NCBI GenBank assembly: GCA_038740615.1
Contig: JAVYLQ010000015.1
Coordinates: 1 to 13,521, forward strand
Reading direction: 5' to 3'
Length of the DNA: 13,521 nucleotides
Origin: Candidatus Anstonellales archaeon
Lineage (GTDB): Archaea > Micrarchaeota > Micrarchaeia > Anstonellales > J096
The notes beneath the pieces are model-generated. The model saw only the letters and a program-made list of their open reading frames with translations. It was not told the DNA's origin and did not search any database. How positions within the stretch are numbered: the first letter of the stretch is position 1; every line of letters begins with the position of its first letter. This document shows positions 7,211 through 13,521 of the stretch, piece after piece. Both the position numbers and the translations under genes were made by a program.

Positions 7211-8188
7211 ATGAAGGAACTTTACATAATTATATTACTTCTGATCATACTATTAGTCGTATCATTTTATGTTATATCCCAGAAAGACACAGAAATTAGG
7301 ACCTTAGAGCAAAATATTAGCAATTTAGAACAGTTAAATGAATTTCTTCTATCAGAGAATGAAAGATTGGCCGGACAACTTACTAGGATATCTAACTTGT
7401 TAGGAGAGAAAAATGATATTATTAGTAGCATGAATCTAGAGATAGAAAAAATGAATAATACCATAGATACGCTGAATAGATCATTAAGAGAACAAATTGA
7501 TAAATATATAGAATTAGAGCTTAAGTATAATTCAACGAAAGCTACAATAGACAATCTTTCAATTCTTAATAATCTGGTATCAGAGATAGAGTATAGATTG
7601 AATTGGTTAGATCTTAATTATTTGGGAATTTCTGATAGGTATTTAAATCTAAAACAGGAAATCGTTGAGTATTGCTATAATTCTGGTATATTAGATATCC
7701 CATGCTCATATATCATTATGGGCAATTATATGAATGAAACACAGATGAACATTACTGATATACATACTGCTTTAAGAATAGGTAAAGGAGATTGTGTAGT
7801 TTATAGTATAATGTTTGATAGATTACTGAAAGAAATTCGACCCATGAAGATACGAACACTCATGAAGTCTGAAGGCAGTAATTATTCTATTACAATAAAA
7901 AATGTTCAATATAACATCAAAAACTACGGCCCAATAGATATTAATTACAATCAATCTAGAGTTGTTTGTTATGGTATTGGAGATAGAGGGCACTGTAGCC
8001 TGGCTTTAGATGAGGACATAATAGATTACTCTATGGGATTGTACCTCGGCAAAATAGGTAAGAATTTTGATATTTGCCAAAGGGATTTGTGTAAATGGAA
8101 AACTGGTTGGATTACTCTACAGATTCTAAATAATGACATCATATATTTAAACTATTCACTCAGAAACATTCTATTATCAATTAGGTGA
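7211..8188 (+). CDS. Membrane-anchored coiled-coil protein with putative transglutaminase-like C-terminal domain
   Basis: N-terminal TM (YIIILLLIILLVVSFYVI), heptad-rich stalk of about 110 aa, GKGDCVVYSIMF and RGHCSLAL...IID motifs consistent with a Cys-His-Asp triad. Confidence 0.65.
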   Translation: MKELYIIILLLIILLVVSFYVISQKDTEIRTLEQNISNLEQLNEFLLSENERLAGQLTRISNLLGEKNDIISSMNLEIEKMNNTIDTLNRSLREQIDKYIELELKYNSTKATIDNLSILNNLVSEIEYRLNWLDLNYLGISDRYLNLKQEIVEYCYNSGILDIPCSYIIMGNYMNETQMNITDIHTALRIGKGDCVVYSIMFDRLLKEIRPMKIRTLMKSEGSNYSITIKNVQYNIKNYGPIDINYNQSRVVCYGIGDRGHCSLALDEDIIDYSMGLYLGKIGKNFDICQRDLCKWKTGWITLQILNNDIIYLNYSLRNILLSIR

Positions 8189-8198
8189 TGTCTATCAT

Positions 8199-9881
8199 AT
8201 GGTTAAAATATCTCTGAATTCTCGAATACCTAAGAAAAGAATAGCAGTAGTGGATAGAGATCTGTGTACTAGAGAAGAGTGTGGGTATCAGTGTATTCGT
8301 GTATGTCCGGTAAATAAATCCAAGAAAGATTGCATAACTATTGATGAGCAGGGATATCCTGTGATTAGTGAAGAGCTATGTATAGGGTGTGGAATATGCG
8401 TAGTGAAATGCCCTTTTGATGCTATAAGAATTGTAAATCTGGATTTTGATTTCAGTAGAACAGTACATTCTTATGGTGTGAATAGCTTTAGAATATACTC
8501 TTTACCTCTACCTAAATCGAATAGTATTGTTGGATTTCTGGGAAAAAATGGAATTGGTAAAACCACCATCATAAACATCTTGGCTAAAAAGATGATTCCA
8601 AATTTTGATCAGAATATATCTGATTGGAATACGGCTTATACTAAGATGACAGCTGAAGAGAAAACGTTCTTTCAGAAGGATAGGAGAGTATCTGTAAAAC
8701 CTCAGAATATAGAGCAATTTAGAACATCGAATGTATCTGTAGGTCAGCTGCTAAATACGCTAGGACTTTCCCTATCTGAATGGACCCATCTAATGGATCG
8801 CAAACTGAGTGAACTGAGTGGAGGAGAATTGCAAAAGTTACTTATAGATATAGCCATATCTCAAAATGCAGAACTATTTTACATAGATGAACCTACCAAT
8901 TTTCTTGACGTATATGAGAGATTGAGATATGCTCTTAAAATACGTGAAAAACTAGAGGGTAAAGATGTTATAGTAGTTGATCATGATCTTGCATTTCTTG
9001 ATTATATTGCTGATTATGTGTATTTGTTTGTAGGTGAGGAAGATGTTTTTGGATTTAGTTCAGAGATAAGAGCTGTTAGAAACGGTATTAACGAATATAT
9101 GGATGGATTTCTAAAATCTGAGAATTATAGATTTAGAGAACAGATAAGATTCGATGATTATTCAGAATCCGATAGACCCCAACATAAGCTAGTAGATTAT
9201 GAGAGTATGGATATATCTGTAATGAATTTCAGATTACATGTGGAGGGAGGGGACATTAAGATTGGTGAAGTAATAGGGATAGTTGGTAGAAATGGTATAG
9301 GTAAAACCAGTTTTGTTCGAGAGTTGGTTAATAGATATAATAATATTAAATTAGCATACAAGCCGCAGTATATTCAACCTTCAGATATTTATGTTAAAGA
9401 ACTCAATCTCAACCAGAATCTAATTGATATGTTTGGTATAAGAAGATCGATTATGGAGAGAAAATTGAAGGAATTGAGCGGAGGCCAGTTGCAGAAGGTC
9501 TATACCGCCCATGTTCTATCGCAGCAGGCAGATCTGTATCTATTAGATGAACCTACCGCTTATTTAGATATAGAGAATAGGATAAGGTTGAGTAAAATAA
9601 TTAGAAAATACGCCACGGAAATGGGAAAAAGTGTAATAATAGTTGATCATGATATATTATTCTTAGATAGAGTGGCGCATAGAATAATTGTATTTGATGG
9701 TCAACCAGGTATTAGTGGAATTGGTAGTTCACCTATGGATAAGAGAGAGGGAATGAATAGATTTTTAAGTATTCTAAACATCAGCATGCGTAGAGATCCA
9801 GATAGTAATAGGCCTAGAATAAACAAACCTAACAGCGTTCTTGATAGGGAGCAGAAATCTACTGGAAGATTCTATTTTTAA
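8199..9881 (+). CDS. abcE1: Ribosome recycling ATPase ABCE1 (Rli1)
   Basis: Fe-S motifs CTREECGYQCIRVCP and CIGCGICVVKCP; two NBDs (GKNGIGKT/LSGGELQ/IDEP and GRNGIGKT/LSGGQLQ/LDEP); C-terminal RRDPDSNRPRINKPNSVLDREQK; SD-like AGGTGA upstream. Confidence 0.97.
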   Translation: MVKISLNSRIPKKRIAVVDRDLCTREECGYQCIRVCPVNKSKKDCITIDEQGYPVISEELCIGCGICVVKCPFDAIRIVNLDFDFSRTVHSYGVNSFRIYSLPLPKSNSIVGFLGKNGIGKTTIINILAKKMIPNFDQNISDWNTAYTKMTAEEKTFFQKDRRVSVKPQNIEQFRTSNVSVGQLLNTLGLSLSEWTHLMDRKLSELSGGELQKLLIDIAISQNAELFYIDEPTNFLDVYERLRYALKIREKLEGKDVIVVDHDLAFLDYIADYVYLFVGEEDVFGFSSEIRAVRNGINEYMDGFLKSENYRFREQIRFDDYSESDRPQHKLVDYESMDISVMNFRLHVEGGDIKIGEVIGIVGRNGIGKTSFVRELVNRYNNIKLAYKPQYIQPSDIYVKELNLNQNLIDMFGIRRSIMERKLKELSGGQLQKVYTAHVLSQQADLYLLDEPTAYLDIENRIRLSKIIRKYATEMGKSVIIVDHDILFLDRVAHRIIVFDGQPGISGIGSSPMDKREGMNRFLSILNISMRRDPDSNRPRINKPNSVLDREQKSTGRFYF

Positions 9882-10659
9882 CATTATATACTACAGCAGT
9901 AAAATATCCTGGTCTTATCTTGTTATTCATTATCGATCTAGGATTCTGATATATTCTCGTACCTATCCACTGATATAATTCTGTAGCTGTTTTAATAGGT
10001 ATTCTATAAGGAGTGGGGATCTCTGAAAAATATCTCTTCCCACTCTCTATCCAACCCCAAGCTAATTCTATCTCAAATCTTATTAGCCGTTCCAATTTAG
10101 AATCCATACACAAATCACTAACTCCAAACATCTCTCTATGTTCTTTAGGTAAATATATTCTGTTAATATTCCTATCCTCATATATATCTCTAACAAAGTT
10201 TATCATTTGCATTCCCCTACCTAAGAGCCTAGCTCCTGGTAATACAGAATCATCCAATCTCAAGATTCTTGAAATACACATTCCTACAATCTCAGCAGAA
10301 CCATACATGTAATCTAGTAACTCTCTATATGTGTATTCAGATTTATATATATCATACTCCATAGATCTAAAGAATGCTTCTATCCATTCATGCTCAATCC
10401 CAGTTTCCCTCATCAACACGTTGAATTTGTTAAATACTCTATTTTCTATATCCCCAATATGGTGTTCTATTCCATTCAATATAAACTCTTTGGCTTTATA
10501 GAGTTCCTCTATTCTTCTAGGGTATTGATCAACAAAATTATCAACGATTCTAAGAAAACTATATAGTATTGAAATCTTATCACGAATATATTTAGGGAAG
10601 AACATAATAGATACTCCATATGATCTACTGGATTTAAGTGTTATATAATTCTCAATCAT
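9859..10659 (-). CDS. crtB: Phytoene/squalene synthase family protein
   Basis: YSFLRIVDNFVD (DxxxD), YMYGSAEIVG, LGRGMQMINFVRDIYED, RIYLP motifs; TTTAAA (10682-10687) 22 nt upstream. Product specificity cannot be determined. Confidence 0.88.
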   Translation of the reverse strand: MIENYITLKSSRSYGVSIMFFPKYIRDKISILYSFLRIVDNFVDQYPRRIEELYKAKEFILNGIEHHIGDIENRVFNKFNVLMRETGIEHEWIEAFFRSMEYDIYKSEYTYRELLDYMYGSAEIVGMCISRILRLDDSVLPGARLLGRGMQMINFVRDIYEDRNINRIYLPKEHREMFGVSDLCMDSKLERLIRFEIELAWGWIESGKRYFSEIPTPYRIPIKTATELYQWIGTRIYQNPRSIMNNKIRPGYFTAVVYNVKNRIFQ

Positions 10660-10688
10660 TGTTTATAATACTCACTTTAGCTTTAAAT

Positions 10689-11714
10689 CTATTTGTTCAG
10701 CTTAAGTTTTTCGAATAGTTCTGCATATGTTCTATGATTTCCGTACGTGAACTCATTAATAATTCTCTCAATATTAACCACCTCTATCCCTGACAGTAGT
10801 AATGCTATCAGAAACTCCACCCAACTATCATTCTCTTTAGATACCGTCTTGAACTTGATCTTCAGATTGAACAGAGTATCGTTTCCTTCTAAATATGAAC
10901 GAATCAGAGGGTGGAGTGAGTGTCTGAATCCAGCCTCATACAACCTTGATATCATGTCATCATCAGTCATTTCATCCCGGTGGATCAGCTGTTGAAGACG
11001 ATTGGTATAGAGTTGGTATTTATTATAAGGGATTTTAAGAAAAGCTGGTTTTCTGAACATGATCTTGATTAGGTAATCTGGAGTATCTAGAATCCTGCTA
11101 TATATATCATTAAACTCCAGATTTTCGTTTATAATATAATTTGCAATCTTGTATCTGATTGATTCACTCAAATTACTCTTTATCTTATCTAGAGTCACAA
11201 TCTTTACCGCATCTTTAAATACACGAATGTTATTCAGTAATGATCGGATCGAAGGTATTGCGTGTTTGTCATATGTGATCGATGTAAGGTTTGAGGATTC
11301 TGATGTATCATAGGCTCTAAATAGATCTGTGTAACTCTCTAGAAGATTCATCAATTCCTCATCGTTTTGATTAACTAACTCTAGAATAGCTCTAGATCCT
11401 TCAAAACTCTCGAACGTATGGTATGCATATAGAATTCTGGGATCGATCCTATATTTGATTAGATATTTTATTACATTCTGAAATATCTGTTTGAAATCTT
11501 CTTGACTAATTTTCCTTTTTTCTACTATATAATTATGAATCCTCATTAAATTATTGAAAATATTACTAGCAGCTTCATTAGGAGTTATTTCAAAAATTTC
11601 TCTATTTCTCAGATAATTTTCTATTGCTCTATCGTAGTAATCTTCTATTTTATAATCCCTCAATAATTTTCTTGCAGTGTTTATATCTATTTTAATCTGG
11701 GATGTTTTCTCCAT
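10689..11714 (-). CDS. Hypothetical soluble, probably alpha-helical protein (341 aa)
   Basis: Long ATG-initiated ORF filling the gap between crtB and tmk; no motif recognised. Confidence 0.7.
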   Translation of the reverse strand: MEKTSQIKIDINTARKLLRDYKIEDYYDRAIENYLRNREIFEITPNEAASNIFNNLMRIHNYIVEKRKISQEDFKQIFQNVIKYLIKYRIDPRILYAYHTFESFEGSRAILELVNQNDEELMNLLESYTDLFRAYDTSESSNLTSITYDKHAIPSIRSLLNNIRVFKDAVKIVTLDKIKSNLSESIRYKIANYIINENLEFNDIYSRILDTPDYLIKIMFRKPAFLKIPYNKYQLYTNRLQQLIHRDEMTDDDMISRLYEAGFRHSLHPLIRSYLEGNDTLFNLKIKFKTVSKENDSWVEFLIALLLSGIEVVNIERIINEFTYGNHRTYAELFEKLKLNK

Positions 11715-11735
11715 TAAAAAAATTTACTAGTTTAA

Positions 11736-11743
11736 TTTTAAAA
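11736..11743. promoter_or_regulatory. Palindromic, probably bidirectional TATA box
   Basis: TTTTAAAA, 21 nt from ATG 11714 (minus) and 23 nt from ATG 11767 (plus). Confidence 0.55.
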
Positions 11744-11766
11744 ACAATTGTTTTAGATAGGTGCTT

Positions 11767-12318
11767 ATGAGAATTGCATTGGAAGGTATAGATGGGGCAG
11801 GAAAAACCACAATTGCGAGGATTCTAGCAGATAGATTGAACATCAAATATCTCAAGTTCCCCAGATATGATTTCATACCTATTATCAAAAAACATATATC
11901 TGGGGAAATAAGATTAGATGACAGAACTACAACCCTACTATTTTTAGCTGATATAATAGATGGGATAAATAATGAGAATAATTATATAGCTGATAGGCTT
12001 TTCTTCTCTACAATTGCTTACTCTAAGTTGAATTTGGATATGTTGGTAGAGCTAATACTAGAGTTATCAATACCATTTCCAGAGTATACGATATACTTAG
12101 ATATTGATCTGGATACGGCTCTTAAAAGGGTATCTAGGAAATATGAGATCACCGAATATGATAGAGATATAGATTTGTTGAATTCTGTGAAAAAAAGATA
12201 TGAAATAGTATTCTCACATAAAGAGATTTTAGATAGGACTGAAGTAATACGAATTGATGCTAGATTGAGTATTGAGGAGATCCTTGAATTGATTCAGAGC
12301 AGAATTAGTAAAAGTTAG
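11767..12318 (+). CDS. tmk: Thymidylate (dTMP) kinase
   Basis: IALEGIDGAGKTT P-loop, KFP, IADRLFFSTIAY, IYLDID, IDA motifs. ATG 11767 preferred to GTG 11761 from promoter spacing. Confidence 0.92.
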   Translation: MRIALEGIDGAGKTTIARILADRLNIKYLKFPRYDFIPIIKKHISGEIRLDDRTTTLLFLADIIDGINNENNYIADRLFFSTIAYSKLNLDMLVELILELSIPFPEYTIYLDIDLDTALKRVSRKYEITEYDRDIDLLNSVKKRYEIVFSHKEILDRTEVIRIDARLSIEEILELIQSRISKS

Positions 12319-12529
12319 ATGTATCTATGTTCTGCTGCAATAGAGCTCCTTCTAATAATCCATATGCATAGTCTATAGCAGCTATAGCATCATAGTATCT
12401 ACGCCTTGAGATGAAATATATTGCATCACTATAATAATCTTTAGCTCTGTTTAGAATTTTCTGATCGACCTTATTAGAACTGTAATCTATGAGCAATCTT
12501 AATTTTTCAAGAGCTCTCCTAGTTCTCAT
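12305..12529 (-). CDS. DUF357 family protein
   Basis: AKDYYSDAIYF...DAIAAIDYAYGLLEG pattern of this small archaeal family; ATGA overlap with the metG stop. Confidence 0.85.
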   Translation of the reverse strand: MRTRRALEKLRLLIDYSSNKVDQKILNRAKDYYSDAIYFISRRRYYDAIAAIDYAYGLLEGALLQQNIDTSNFY

Positions 12530-13521
12530 TGTCCAATACTAGCTCTGAGTTGATCTACTTCTGTGTCTAATTTTCTAAATGGAATTATACTTGAGTTGTA
12601 AACAACTCTATTAGGATAGTTTAAATCAGACTCAACTGAGTAATGTTCAAGTATCCTCTTAGTTGTGAATGGGATGAAAGGTTGTAATAATTTAGTTACA
12701 AACATACTACCATATACTGTTTTAGATATTACTGCCCTAGCATTTTCATAATCCATCTTCCAAGGTTCTTTTTCGGTGAGCATTCTATTGTAATAAGCTA
12801 CTAATTCCATAGCAGTTTCCATTCCTTCTTTTAGATCTACCCTATCCATATAATAGACGTATTTGTCATATATTGCTTTTTCATAATCATCCATCACAGG
12901 TGGATCTAATTCCCTACCAGACCACAATTTATTAACTCTGGTGATTAAATTGCCATAATTTGCAATCAATTCGTTATTTATTTTGCTTTTCAATTCTTCT
13001 AGAGAGAAATCAGAGTCCACTAATCCTGCAGGAGAAATGGAAATCATATAATATCTTATGTAGTCTGGATGGATGTATTTTAGAGTTGTTTCTAATGACA
13101 GGAACCAACCTCTACTCTTAGAGAATTTTTTCCCCTCAAGAGTTAAATAACCTCTTACTGGTATCCTATATGGTAGATTCATATTTGCCCCATAGAGCAT
13201 TGCTGGCCAGAATAGATAATGATGATATATTATATCTTTACCTATAAAGTGATATATCTTAGATCTGTTCCATAATTCTCTCCAATCTTTCCTCAGAGCT
13301 CTTAATGATCCTATATATCCTATAGGTGCATCGAACCATACATAGAATACCTTCCCTGGCATATCTGGTACTGGAATTCCCCAATCTAGATCTCTCACTA
13401 TATCCCAATCTTGCAAATCCTCTAACCATCCTCTAAGATAATTGTATATTTCTGGATGAGCTGTTTTTCTATTATAATTATCTAAAAATTCTCTAAAATA
13501 GCTAAGTTTGAAAAACAGATG
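12526..13521 (-). CDS. metG: Methionine--tRNA ligase, C-terminal part (5'-truncated by window edge)
   Basis: Frame open to 13521 (HLFFKLSYF...). RDLDWGIPVP, YVWFDAPIGY, FIGKDIIYHH, KFSKS (KMSKS-type), NNELIANYGN, EPW anticodon-binding motif. Confidence 0.97.
   Translation of the reverse strand, partial: HLFFKLSYFREFLDNYNRKTAHPEIYNYLRGWLEDLQDWDIVRDLDWGIPVPDMPGKVFYVWFDAPIGYIGSLRALRKDWRELWNRSKIYHFIGKDIIYHHYLFWPAMLYGANMNLPYRIPVRGYLTLEGKKFSKSRGWFLSLETTLKYIHPDYIRYYMISISPAGLVDSDFSLEELKSKINNELIANYGNLITRVNKLWSGRELDPPVMDDYEKAIYDKYVYYMDRVDLKEGMETAMELVAYYNRMLTEKEPWKMDYENARAVISKTVYGSMFVTKLLQPFIPFTTKRILEHYSVESDLNYPNRVVYNSSIIPFRKLDTEVDQLRASIGQ

Noticed and set aside
6847..10995. Short ORFs 6847-7071, 7267-7554, 8508-8717, 10013-10312, 10747-10995
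   Set aside because: Fully antisense to longer, better-supported CDSs.
13414..13416. TTG start for metG (and likewise GTG 66 for the first ORF)
   Set aside because: Both frames stay open to the window edge, and the MetRS N-terminal HIGH region is missing, so the true starts lie outside the window.

Overview
AT-rich, gene-dense archaeal chromosomal segment. Pth2, ABCE1, DUF357, a MetRS with KFSKS, TATA-type promoters and a C/D box sRNA point to Archaea; compact genes suggest a DPANN-type lineage (inference). Left part: a 5'-truncated membrane-anchored surface protein, then an operon of an S-layer-like accessory protein, a MacB/LolD-type ABC ATPase and two FtsX/MacB-type permeases. Right part: pth2, a coiled-coil transglutaminase-like membrane protein, ABCE1, a phytoene/squalene synthase, an orphan ORF, thymidylate kinase, DUF357 and the 3' part of metG. 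The most unusual stretch is the non-coding 6380-6820: tRNA-Val(CAC), a CRISPR-leader-like region, an orphan mini-array (two 29-nt repeats, one 37-nt spacer), and directly after repeat 2 a complete dual-guide C/D box sRNA whose terminal stem uses the last 3 nt of the repeat. Its guides are predicted to target 16S rRNA C1402 and the anti-Shine-Dalgarno tail (C1533, E. coli numbering). No cas gene is recognisable in the window.
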